Shown here: positions 14,501 through 26,900 of the stretch, piece after piece
Layout: the number at the start of each line of letters is the position of its first letter
Position numbering within the stretch: position 1 is the first letter of the stretch
Assembly (NCBI GenBank): GCA_002633005.1
Contig: NMRA01000030.1
Location: forward strand, 319,980 to 383,979
Direction of reading: 5' to 3'
Source of the DNA: Phoronis australis
Taxonomy: Eukaryota > Animalia > Phoronida
Length of the DNA stretch: 64,000 nt
Made by a program: the position numbers and the translations under genes
Notes under the pieces: model-generated
Databases searched by the model: none
The model's input: only the letters and a program-made list of their open reading frames with translations
What the model was told of the DNA's origin: nothing

Positions 14501-14731
14501 CTATCACTACCAGTACCAGTTGAAGTTCAAGAAGTCCCAGTTGAAGTTTAACAAGTACAAGTCCAAACAATGAAAAAATGAATCGGAAGTAAGAACTATT
14601 TTCGTCAAAAGCAGACACAGAGTAAATACTTACATGCAATCGTTTTGTGCCTTCTTGCTTATGGTATTGATACTTCCAGTGATTAACATTCCAATCGCTA
14701 GTAACACTTGATAACAGTTCAGCTTGCCCAT
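5591..14731 (-). CDS. SLC35F6: Solute carrier family 35 member F6, complete 9-exon CDS, 418 aa
   Basis: Exons (minus strand): 14731-14634, 12622-12522, 11196-11008, 9824-9745, 9206-9068, 8580-8441, 8068-7888, 7471-7389, 5836-5591. All introns are GT-AG, phases are consistent, total 1257 nt. Motifs: MLITGSINTISKK, FDHPWFQTIIMFMGE, P..CDL.GT, ASIWQMLRGSIIIFAGILS, QMIVEE, HPLQVVGMEG, SIAFYNYFGLAVT, RTLIDACRT, C-terminal ERTPIL. Confidence 0.93.
6461..7378. mobile_element. MITE / foldback element with long diverged terminal inverted repeats in the last SLC35F6 intron
   Basis: Left tagtgacaggtctg...ctgaaagtagaaa...ttttgatttttta ccaatct...cgtgacc is the reverse complement of right ggtcacgtga...agattggtataaagtcaaaaatc...tttctactttcag...cagacctgtcaata; the arms are about 150 bp and end in TA. 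Confidence 0.65.
11925..12101. repeat. Minisatellite, about 48-bp unit, about 4 copies
   Basis: cagtatgtatggctagatacagtgttagatcaagttggtaagaatgat repeated. Confidence 0.85.
12689..12834 (+). mobile_element. tRNA-derived SINE head (degenerate)
   Basis: A-box-like tggcatagtagt (12696-12707) and B-box gagttcgagtcc (12738-12749). Body motif accacctgcaattat recurs near 56859. Confidence 0.5.
12835..13580 (+). mobile_element. 5'-truncated non-LTR retrotransposon (LINE) 3' end, decayed
   Basis: One frame with in-frame stops reads KLRTYALMKNVFEVEPYV*...RSILAQIRTGTLQLLVEVG...RICCLCHTGQVKTELHFLFECP, a LINE ORF2 C-terminal CCHC knuckle. It is followed by a 3'UTR, aataaa and a (TTAC)n tail at 13561-13580. 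Confidence 0.8.
13700..14497. mobile_element. MITE with terminal inverted repeats and short cccctcgacc subrepeats, SLC35F6 intron 1
   Basis: Left gga..ttctaaaacccactcgacccc...cccctcgaccc mirrors right gggtcgagggg...ggttgagggggttttagaattcc. Confidence 0.6.
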
Positions 14732-14754
14732 TTCTGCCGTGTTTCACTCTAGAG

Positions 14755-14822
14755 CCAGGAAGTAAACTCATGACCGGAAATTATGCTTTCTGAAAGTTGA
14801 ATCATGTGATTATCATGTGACT
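14755..14822 (-). promoter_or_regulatory. SLC35F6 proximal promoter / 5' region with ETS-like sites and two M-box/CLEAR-like E-boxes
   Basis: caggaagt and ccggaaat, then TCATGTGA at 14802-14809 and 14813-14820, 70-90 bp upstream of the ATG. Confidence 0.45.
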
Positions 14823-15899
14823 CTAAAATACGTGTCAAAGGTCATTGCGGAACATTCGCATTCATCGGAGACTAAACGGGTCGGATTTATTCTGGCGTCA
14901 ATGATTCTATTTTGCTTCTGTAACAGAAACTAATTTGTTGTCTGCTGAAGAGAAAACATTCATGCCCACCTACATACGTGCATGCACACTTGTGGTGGGG
15001 TCATCTACCAAAAAATAAACTGCCTCAAAATAAAAGTAGGCAAAGGGCCCCATCTGTTATTAAAGATCTTTTGGATTATTGTAAAAATGTAAAATAAGTA
15101 TTTTTCAATTTTGAAATATCCAAAGACTTCCCATTTAAAGTTTGTCAAATTTAAGACGCTGTCGATAAATATTAAATTTTAATAGACATTAAACTATTAG
15201 ATTAATTACGTCTTGACCTTCAATCTTTCCAAAAAATATATCTAAATTTGATAGCTCTAACGAGCTTCCGGTTTTGTTTATGATCCAGTCACCAACTGAA
15301 ATCCAAAGAGACCTTGGTCACAGTTCAACTACTTTTCGACCTAAACTTATGCGCAATGAAGTGTTCCTCTGTGGAACAATGATATTGTCCGAATCAACTA
15401 GATGTTACAATGACCGGGCAAAATTAAAGGAAGACTGTGTTTTGCTTCATGTTGACAATCATTAGGGTTCTGTGACTATGCTTGTTTACATATATATGTT
15501 CTTTCTGTATATATTCTCCTCAGTGTAAATGATTTTCTACACATGTATTTTTTATCGGTAAACACTTATTGATGTATCTACTCACACCGATTCAAAATCA
15601 ACGTTTCATTAACTTACATCACCGCTACGCCGAGGCAGTTCGGTCAAGCTCCACTTTCTAAATTTACTCAACTTCTCTTAGTAATTTATTCCAGGCGATG
15701 TTCTGTAAGTTGCCGGTTTGTACTAAATAAAAATGGGGGTCTCCCACAGTTTAGTTTCATTCTGTTAGTTTAGCTCCCTCGCAGTCGGCGACACTGAGTT
15801 CGAAGTAACCTACAGTCAACATCACGCTTCATTTAAACTACGATGTAAAATTGAACGAGGTTAGAAATGGTCAAAAAGGAACTTTAACCACCCTTGGTA

Positions 15900-17130
15900 A
15901 GATAACGGTTGTCAGTCAAATTTTTTTATTGCCAAAACTGATTCAACTTTTTACACACTTCCTCTTCCAATTTCTACCTTTTGAAGGATATTGAAAAATG
16001 ATTTTAATTATACATGGGTTAGCTTTATTGATAGAGTCTAGTGGAAGACCAAGGTACAGAAATCTGAAGAGGGAGGTGGGAATATGGTCCATATTGCGTC
16101 ACTTGTTAGAGCTATTAAAGCGATTTGGATTCGGAGGTTATTCGAAAATTATAATGACAATGCTTCACCATGGCTAAATATTTTACGTGAAATACTTTCT
16201 AATGTAAAAAAATGACTTTTTTAATTGGCGCTTTGTTTTTTCCTTTGAAATAGTTAATCGTATTATTCAGAATATTTTTGAAAGGAAAGTTTTCTATCTT
16301 ATACAAATTGATCAATCTGTGTGATGTAGAAGACCCTTTGTACCAACCTTTGTGGTATAACCCTATAATTTGTGTAGACAGTATTCCAATTTTTTGGAAC
16401 GACTTCAAAAGGGTATAAGAAACATTAATTAACCCTGATAAAGGCTACATTTGTGATTATCACACCTTTGGTGCACGCTTTCAATTTTACCCTTGTATTA
16501 CCCATTGGAGTTCAATACTTCGTTCTTGGAATCATCTGAGAACAAGAGTACAAAAGTCACTCCATAAATAAAGGGATGGGAAAAACTATCAATTATTTAT
16601 TTACAAATTGTATGTCAAGCCGAATTGAAGTCAGTGAGAGAGAGAAATTAACTTGGTCGGTGATACCGAGTCTTGGAAAATATTCATTGTGTAATTTACC
16701 ATTGTACTCAGACTGAGGTGGTTTCAATTCAGTACGGGTATCAACCACAGACTTCTTGGTTCAAACTCTTAACGATAATTGGTGTTCGCCAATCGTCTTT
16801 GTGTTCTTTCTGTGAGGATCAACACGAAGAAACAATTTTTATGTTTGTTTTGGGAATGTTCACTTGTTCAGGATTTTTGGAGTTGTTTAAAAACATGGAT
16901 GATAAATCAATGCGATGTCCCTCTACATTGAAATAAGTCTACCGCCTTGTTTGGAGATCCAGCCTCTAGATTGAAAGTTGTAAATTTAATTATATGCTTA
17001 TATATTAGCGAAATTTCATTTCTCAACATTGCCAAAGATTCCAAAGTCCTAAGCCAAAAATTCAGTCAGTTTTACGGGAGGTCTGTGATTACCACAAATT
17101 GGCGCCTAAGAAATTCCAGGCAAGGTGGTC
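15900..17130 (+). mobile_element. Decayed L1/Tx1-clade LINE ORF2 fragment
   Basis: Broken frames give EEGGGNMVHIASLVRAIKAIWIRRL (the EGGL..K..W..RL motif), QPLWYNPII, and GVRQSSLCSFCEDQHEETI (zinc finger downstream of RT); many stops and frameshifts. Confidence 0.7.
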
Positions 17131-20100
17131 TTGTTTTTGTATAGTGATTAGTTTTTATAGGGTTCGATAGTGTTTTAATTTGTTCGATGTTCTTAATTAG
17201 ATTACATATCACTGTACATGTACGTGTTGGTTGACTAAATGTTGACCTAAAAAAAATCACGCTGTAGTTTTTCTATCATTGTGTTATACACAAACGCCGA
17301 TATTGCACTTTTAATTCGTCATGTCCGCTGGCTAACGGAAACAAATTTATAATTCGAGTATCCACTCATTGCTAACGTGTGATTTTCCAACCAAGGAAGT
17401 CAATGATAAGTAGTGCCCTAGTGTATTTAGTGGGCTCGAAAGCACATAATTATAACCTTCTAGGCGGGGGAGTAAGGTTTTTCTTAATCACATGACAAAT
17501 AGGTCTGTTACAGAACCATAGTATTTCTGACATTAATTTTGATATGAATCGTGCAGTTCTGTCACTGGATAAATGTCATGTAGTCAACTGTTTCGTGTGC
17601 GTAGAGAGTGTCACAGCATAAGTCACATAAAATGTACTGGTACCTTACCAGAGTACATGGATTGCCTGAAAATAATTTAAAATTATCACTACTCTATTTT
17701 TACAATTCATTACACAGTAGTATATTCTCACTGACATTTTTAACAAGGAAAAAACGGATTGGATTAGTTTCAGTACTTTTCAAGCCGTAATATGTACACT
17801 GACTCGATTATAAGTAAACTGATCATCAATCCTCAGAATCATATCTGAGACTGTATTTCAGTAAAAAGATCGAACCGGTACTGCCAGGACCACGGATGCT
17901 GGACAAGAGAGTGTCACATCAATGTAGTAATTAATTAAATATTCATAAGAAAATCACCATGGGTTCCGAGACAAATGTCAACTGTTCGCTGTGTCGTGTG
18001 TGAGAAAAGAAATAAGCTTACAGCATACGAAAAATGTTAAATGATAACGTTCGAGCTAATCATGAGCGAGGAACACTGGCGAAGATTGGAGAAAACGGAC
18101 GCTTTGTCACGTATTTCTCAAATAAATTGAGTAATCCCTGATTTCCAAGTTTCTTTTTTAAAGGTTATGTACACGTAGGACCCTAGAAAAAACTCCAAAT
18201 TTGGATAATTTCAGAACACCTTTACTCAAAAATGGTCGATCGGATTTTTATGAAATTTTCACATAAATATTGTTTACACATCATTCTCCAGAACACTGAT
18301 AGGGTTCTTTTAATGTTCCTTTTTTGCATGAGGGGCCATAAACATAGAACTTTTATGATTTTTACGAAAAATCTCATAAGTTACATAAAACGAATTAAGC
18401 GAATGATAATTTAGAGAATTGTAACAGCTCGCCGATGTTTATGGCCGTCAATGTTGAACTTACCACGCTTATCCGATCCTGCCGAATGCGCGCGCAATTC
18501 ATGTCACCTACAATTGCGTTCATGCGCCTTTTTGAATTCGCAATTTTAGGGTTGATCAACCGATAAACTCTGAAGGGTTTTTGTTGAAACGGAAATAGAA
18601 CTCTATAGTGTGGAATATATTACGAGACTGGTTTTATATCAGGAAGGGACGTGACTTACACACCCAATAGCACAGGCCCGACTCGCAGGTTATATGCACA
18701 AGGAGTCGGAGAGGCGTGTTCATAAGTCCACCCACGTCTTAGCAAGTCGGTGAACTGTTTTTGGGTGCTTAAGTCTTGTTTTGTGAGCCCCTGCGCTTTA
18801 GGCCCCAGGGCGTACTCTATCACATTTTGACAGTGGGTGCAGCTGGACAAATGAGGAAACTCAACCGTTTTGAGAGTGGCCTACAAAGATTCAAGAAGCC
18901 ATTTGTAGAGAGCCTCCTTGAAAATCCCCCTTTTCTAGTGTTTTATTCCAGAATTGGCAGCACCCCTTTACAAGGGTTACAATTCCATAAACCTAATGCT
19001 ATCCCAGGGAGTCTTGATAGCTGATGTAGTCAACTGGAACAATGCTCCTGGGTTTTGGAGTTAGATCATGAGCGAGTAAACATACTGCAACATTGACTGC
19101 TAGCCCAGCATTGTATTGTTGCCATGACAATGGCATTCTAGTTTCATTACTGTGTTGCTCTAAGACCCTTTGTCCAACAAATCATCAATTTGCTCTGCTC
19201 AGTACTTATTGGAGGTGTCACCAGCACCTACAGATGCTATTGAACAACCTTACAAGACAATAAGATAACACGTCTGTAACCATAGAAATTGTTATTTTTG
19301 TCTAAAAGGATTGCCAATCACAACCATTCAAATGAGAACGAACAACAAAATGTTTGGTAATTATTTATGACTGCACTGCAGTACAAAACAAAGAAAACAT
19401 TGAATCATCAAAACTGTTTCGCCCTTATTAGCGAGCAAAAAACGAAAATAAATAAATATAGGCCTTTGTTCTCATGAAATTGGATTCATAACAGTTGTTA
19501 CCAGATTCCATTTACCTCATACCAACAAGAACATGGAGACCATCAGCAATTCCAGAAAACATTTAATGGGGTTGGCCAACACTGAAATTGCTAATTAAAA
19601 AATGACACATATCAGCATTCCCTGAAACATGAGGTAGTAACAAAAATGGAAACCTTATCACAGTAAGGAATACTTTAAGACTGGTTTGATGAGAGTAAAT
19701 AGCTTATTCAATGCGTTTCTCACCAGCTAAATAGGGCGATATGCTTTAAATTATAGTGCCAAAAACTTGGAAGCCCAACAACTTTTGAAGGAAATAAGTA
19801 AAAAATGACAGATTCTAAGTGAGAAGGGAATTGAGTGGGTTTTCAGGAGGGCTTTTTTGGAATACAACTGATTCAGAAGTCTACAGAAGTTGTCAAAAAT
19901 GTTCTGAAATTCTGTCAAAGATTGTCTGGCTTTTTGGAGTTACTGCTCATACCCAGATGGACACCATTTCGCCCTGTTTAGCTGTCATTTTAAATATATT
20001 TTGAGTTATTAAGAGCCGAAGCTAACAGCTGATCTACGATGCTCTCACAAAACATGGTCATTGTTGTGTCACGTGACTGATCTATTTTTGACTGGAACAT

Positions 20101-20989
20101 CCTACGTACCATTGTCTTAATTTAGGGTTGGCCAACCTCAATACCATCTATGATTTTCTGACCTATTCCTTGACCTGTTTCTTAAGCTGATGAGAACCTG
20201 TATGTTTTGCTTGATAACAGAAAAAAAGTCCTATTATGGTAAGAAAAATCATGAGACTGCTTGTAAAGGAGTAAAAGGCCTAATTGGATTTTTTAGTCAG
20301 TTAAACAGGGTGAAAAATAAGCTACAAATATTTCTTTGTAACTTTGATAAGAGGGAATTTTTTTCAACTTATTTTGAAAACTAGAGGATACTGCTTCAAA
20401 TGTCTTTAAACCCGTGTCTTCTGTCAACAGTTTTGGTTTAGGTCACTTATCACTATAAAGCTAGTCTAAAACTGTTCCCCAGACATATCAGAGGAGATTT
20501 CAGTGCTTCAAACCAACTGGCCGTCCAGTATTTCTTCAGACCAGGCTCACAACAGTTCAGACCATGTCGTGACCTGTAATTTTGAAATCTTTCTCTGAAG
20601 AAACAACAAACTGTAATATCTTTCCTAACCCTTCTAAACCGAGAAGGGAAGAAGATAAGACTAATTCCACAGTAAATGACCTAAACTAAAACTTTTTTCT
20701 CAGAAGCCATGAGCTTAATGCTACTCTAACACGGACCTTTAAAAACACAGTAAACAAAACAAAACACAAATATTAATGAGCATGACTACAACATTTATAT
20801 AAGATTCTTCACTTTTGTCAATGAAATATCTAAGAGAAATTCTTTCAGAATAAGATTAAAGTGAAATGACATCAATACCGCAATAGAACCATAAATTCTT
20901 TTTCTGTCTGTAAGAAATCTTTTGACCATCAAACTAAAGTACAGTGCCATTTAAAGAACTGCATTTCAAAATGAATAGTTTTGCAAATG

Positions 20990-23900
20990 TCACTGATCCA
21001 AGTACAGGGCTCCGCATGTCTTTAAGATCTTTTCAGCCTTTTCGTGTGTTACGTCGCCGGATTCCATTACGATCTTGATCGCAGCTTCTGGTAGCAGGAC
21101 TTTGGTAACGTAGTCCAAATACTGAAAAACAACTGGATGAATTACATTAAGAATGCAAAACTCAGACAAAACGAAATATCGATAATTTAATGATCGAATG
21201 ATAGCCAGACGTCTTGGCTCAAAATTAACCAATCACATCACGTCAAATGCAAGTTTACTTGAAGTGTGCAGCATGATTGGTCAATGTTTTGTTGTCTAAG
21301 CGACAGATGTCACCAGGCCATTTTGGTGTTCTTAATTATCAATAAATGAGTTTGTGAACAAATTAAGTAATAATAAAACAAACTGAAAGAAAATACATAT
21401 TAGCTTGTGCTTTAACCTGCAGTATAGTTGTCAAAAGTTCAAGTTTTGTCAACGCCATTGTGAAAATCACAAAGCAACCCAATTAGAAAGTCAGAGAATT
21501 TATAAATCAAATCATAAAAACAATTAGCTGGAAACCTGTTCTAAAATATTGCCAATTTCTAAAGGCAATCAGTGGTTATAAAACAGTTACATTTCATCAA
21601 TCAGTGATCAAATCACTGATGGCACAGCATACCTTGGTGTGGTGATTGCAAAAGGTTGTCATTAAACTGCGCATGATCACGTCTACCTGGTCGTCACTGT
21701 AAAGGCCGAGCCGCACCTGATAGGTCAAGTTATCTAGAATTGAAGAGAAACACCACTCAGCTGGTAATCTCCTCAAATGAAATGATAGCTGTACTACCTT
21801 TTAACAAGAGCTGCACCAGTTGGTGTTTGATCAAATTACACAGAGGGATGGAAGAGCCTGAACAGGCATACATACAGGGTTGTTAAAAAATAACTGAGAA
21901 ACATATGAAATTCTTTGTTCACTGATGGTTTATAATTGCACTTTATGCTCTGAGAACGGATTTGGTATCGAGCTGTGTTTTTTTATTGTATTTCACTCAT
22001 TGTTATATTAGTTAATAAACATCTCTCTCTCCTCCCTCCCTGTCCTCTGCTCTCCCTCTCTCTCAGACCTTTGTGAGACACAAAACAAAGAAACTTGAAA
22101 AGTAGGGAAGGGTCGTCATTAAGATACCTGTAGATGCAGATATTGGACAACCAGCTACAAAAATCAAACCTCAACTTACTTCTAAGATTACCACCTTTTT
22201 TGTATGACTCATGCCTGGTGCAGTCTATCTGTAACCAAAAGGACAAAAGGTCAACTGGTGACATCATTATAACACAGCAATTTATGTGGATGTGCACCTT
22301 GTCAACTCCTGCATAAATTTAAAGCAGCTCAAATCGTAACAGCTTCTGAAGATTAAAATGGCAGACGACACTGTGTCAACTTGATTGGCAAATTCAGCAA
22401 AACTAAAACCATCAAGGATTACTCAACTGAATGAGTCACTTCATAAAACTGGACAGAAGGAAAATCAGAAAACCCAAACTCTGACCTTTCCATGAAATAT
22501 TCCTTTGAAGTATTGCATGTGTTTGTCTATCAGTGCTTGAAGTTCACCCTCAGACAAGCTTTCAATGGCCCTGTAAGAGAATACAATGTGACCACAGTGA
22601 GGAAGAAAATAGTTGAAGGTTTGTACACTATAGCTCACCATCCTCACCCTCTGGCACGCCACCAGCAATCACACATTTGTCACACAGCTAATCCATGACA
22701 AAGAATGTAAGCAATATAAACGATCTTAGAATAACCCCAATAATGTGAGATACGGTGACCTACTGCATGAAAATACACTCACAAGGCACATTATGTCATC
22801 TTATATCAAGTAACAATAAAAAACATATGTTCAGTAATGCAAAACCCAACGCATAACGTACAGTTTTCTGCAGGATAGGGCGTCGCTAACATAGTCCTGA
22901 AAAGTTCCATTCTTCTTGGTCTGCATCACGATTTGTTCCCGATACCACCACAAAATTGTGACCACGGTAGAAGCAAATTAACACATTGCACGTTCCATAG
23001 AAAATCTTTACCAGAGCCGTACGGCACAAACCCGGTAAAGACAGGTATCAGTTCAATCTATTACACAGAGCCATAGCACAGGCATAGTTTGCTAGACTTC
23101 GTCACCGATCCTGCAGGCGTTAGAAGCTGAGGATGCGAAAAAAGCAAAACTGTCACTTGGGGGCACCTCTGTAGTCAAGGCTGTCTAAAAAACATAGTCA
23201 GCCATGCTTTTCCCATTACAATCCTTAGAGTGGCATGGCCGATAGAGGGGGATGCCAAAACCGGTTTTGGGAATAATAAAAATGGTCACTAGGTGGGGTA
23301 AACTACATCAAATTCCATCTGAAAACGGGAAGGAGTCATTGCCTCTATGAATAGAAACATATTTACAAAACTTCATGAAAATCCGTCAAGAAGCTCCAGA
23401 GTTTTAGAGGAAAACGTAAAAAAGTGATTGTGACTAGGTGGCACATATACAGTTGGATTTGTCCAAACATTTGCTCATGCAATCCGATCCATGATAGAAA
23501 CATGTCTGCAAAATTTCATGAGTATCCATCCATTGTGTGCTAGCATGTTTGAGCTCATAAAAACTCCGCTTACCTGACTATTTTCTTAACCTCCACATCT
23601 TCACAATCACTGCTCGCCAGGTCCACAATAGTTAGTTGCTCCTTCACCAGGTCATTTCCTGGCCCTAGCCCTGACTCACTTACAATACAATCATCTATTT
23701 CCAATACATCACCACCGCCCGACTGTTTGCCATCTAAACAAACAGATCCCAAGTAACTACCAGAACATTTTGCATCACCTGCCTCCCACACACTCTCCTC
23801 TTTCAACAAAGTACTTAGTCTCAGATGGTGAGGTTTTTCCTTCCCAGTCCTAGCAATCCTGCGTGCTGTGCGTGGGTCTCTCTGTCGACTCCTCATTTTA

Positions 23901-26900
23901 CAGCCAACAACTGGTAACTCCATGTCAGACTCCTCACACCTCGAGTCAAACAGCTGCACTTCATTGATCCTCAAACCCAACGCTGGTACCACATCTGTTG
24001 TTTTATCAGTGTCCACACAATTATTTTGAACAGCTGCACTACCAGCACCATCTATTGTCACGGCATCAACATCCATGTGCTGTTGCTCACAATGTTTATC
24101 TAAAGACCAGTCCTCACAGTTTGTATCAAGCACATGTTGTTCGACCCCGTCCAAAGCGGATTGCCAGCCACACGAAGTTAAGTCTTCGGCACATTTTACA
24201 GTCTCAGAAGTGGTTTTTGCATGATAGGGCACATTAGTACTTAAAATTTTTGTCTCAAAATTCATGTTTGAAATATTTATCAGAGGATGATGGCACATGT
24301 CAGCGGAATGTTCTCTTTCGGTGACTACAGCATTATGGTCTGAATCAGTGGAGTCAGATATTCTCGTACTCTTCACAACAGGCTCATTAGCAAATATTTC
24401 GCACGATTTTATTTCCCCAGAGCCAACTGTGACTTCTTTACTCCCATTCGTTGCCTTTTTAAGCTTTTTCGTCCTGAGGAGCCAGTCGATTTCTTTTTTC
24501 CGTCTCGCAGCTCTGTAATGTCAGGAGTGAATTAATTGAGAAAGTTTTCAACCATATTAAAACAACCAAGCAATCACAATGTGTTAAAGATGTACTATTA
24601 GTACTACAATACATATTATGTATCTATCTGTATAATCTTTATTTCTCAAAAACAAGGCAAATTTAAACGAATTATGGCCATTCAAGTAACTACACGTAAG
24701 CTCAAATATCTTGCTTATGTCATCAATGTGAAGATAGAATAAATCAGATTCAATGCTGCAAAAATTTACCTACATCAGCATGTTTTAATAAAGGGTCAAC
24801 TTAATGAGGTTATTTTGATCAGAACAGTCAACACAGCCTGACATGTGAATGTGTTGTACATCTGCCAACTTAATATCAGAAACAGAGAAGACAATATGGA
24901 CATTGTTGATGATGCTGAAAGCATATATAACAAAAACATTTAATTCAATATAATTATGGATCTTGTGCACACCAAATCAACAGTAAAATGGTTGCTTGTG
25001 AATCCCATTTCAGCCTAGTTGTCTCATTCCATCAAACAATTATTATTAAAAGTAAGTACTTACCGGGTCTTGATTTTCAATTTGCGGACTGTATTCAAAA
25101 TACACTGTTCATTACCAGCTGTCCTTTCAAAGTACTCGCTCACAGAGGTCATCTTGTGTTTACCTGTCACATGACCTGCATCAGGCTGAAACATTACACA
25201 TTATGACATGAGGGTAACAAGAACACCTAATGAGGGACTTGTACCTGCTGACAATGACAGCAGGGTATTATTAAAGGCCCAGCTGCACACAGTGAAGCAG
25301 ATGGGCAGTGGAAACTGCCTTTCATTTAAAGTCCCAAGTTTCACCTTTCTGACACTATTGATGAAAACCTTTTGAAGTTAAAAACATAACCAGGCCCATC
25401 TTCAAAAACTGCTAGAAGCTTCTGGAGAGAATTTACAATTTTTCGGCTCACCAAATTATCATTCTTAGCTTTACATTGAGGCAAAATTCATTGATTGCTT
25501 CTGTGTTTACTCTCTGCAGCAAACTTCACCCGGTCTCTATAGAGACTGAGAAGTTAATAGTTCTTTTACAAAGACCATATTACTGAATTTTAATTCAACA
25601 ATCATCCACAGTTATTTTGTGCCCAGAACAAAAACAATGATTCTTAATCAAAATAGTGCCAATTCACTTACTCAATAAGTTAAAATGCACAGTAAAATGA
25701 ATCCCTTAAATTGAAGAATGCTGAAATGAAACACTGATCACGCGTTACCTTGGGAGTTGGCAAATTTTGTTGCCTGGCACAGAATACAAGTTTCACAGGA
25801 AGTATTGATAAACACAGTACACCTGGACCAACACTTCGCTTGAAGATACTGTGAGCTGATGAGGCATTTGTTCGAAATTGATACGCAATACTGTAGGATG
25901 AAGCTGTAAAATATCAATGTAACCCAGGGTGGTTAACGACAGAAAACAATGCGGAATAGCACAAGCAGCAAATACTGTAGGATGAAGCTGTAAAATATCA
26001 ATATAACCCAGGGTGGTTAACGACAGAAAACAATGCGGAATAGCACAAGCAGCAAATACTGTCTGAAGATCAGCTAAAATTATGGAGAAGGGCTTATGAT
26101 AAAAATATGTCAACTTCAGAAATCGAAAAATGGTATTTGTTCAATGTTTCAACAAAAATAAAATTACATCAAGGTTGTCTGCTCTTAAAGCTAACAGAAA
26201 TAATCCAAACGGGTAAAATTTCAAGCATTCGTAGTAGTTAAGTCTTCGCAAATTGTCATTTGTAAATATTATTGGTGTCTGAAACTGAAAAAAACACATT
26301 TTCCACAGTATTCAAAGAAGCATTCAATAAAACAATCAGATTGGTGAGATTATATGAGATCACACAAGAGTAAGAATTAGTCAAGATTTGCTAGCATTGT
26401 ACAATAAAACAGCTGTCACAATACCAGCCAGGGGCACTTCTCAAGACAAAGTAGCACTCCTGTGCTAACAAAAAAGGGTATCAGGGTATTGTCCCCTCAT
26501 ATGGGGCTTTCAGGGGGACTATCTGAAGACTTTTTTTGTGAAATGAAGAGCCTGTTTCCTGCATTTTAAAACTTTTTTTGTTGAAATAAGTCATTGCAAG
26601 AATTGATGAAATCTGCACATTAAAAATAGGAATTATTTTAACTCATGTTTTAGCCAAAGATCTTGGCACTGCAAAGTAAAGAATTTTTCTTTAATTTCCA
26701 GTATCAAACACAATTACACAAAATGTGTGTTTTAATCAATTGAAACCAGCCCAGAATTTCATTCATACTTTCCCTTTCCATGCAAGTGTACTGAGTGATT
26801 CTAGCCATTGATCTCATATACCAGGCAAACTGGACACATCTGACATCTTGAGACGACGGGGGAAGGGGGGAACTAGTGCTCCTTGTGGGTTTTTCATTTA

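Noticed and set aside
18656-19024. Short ORFs in a relatively GC-rich intergenic patch
   Set aside because: No recognisable homology, splice pattern or terminal repeats that I could support
22862-22920. Possible extra exon (TKKNGTFQDYVSDALSCRKL) with AG and GT borders on the minus strand
   Set aside because: Its phase is incompatible with the strong upstream donor at 23574, and exons 23574 and 22570 join directly in frame without it
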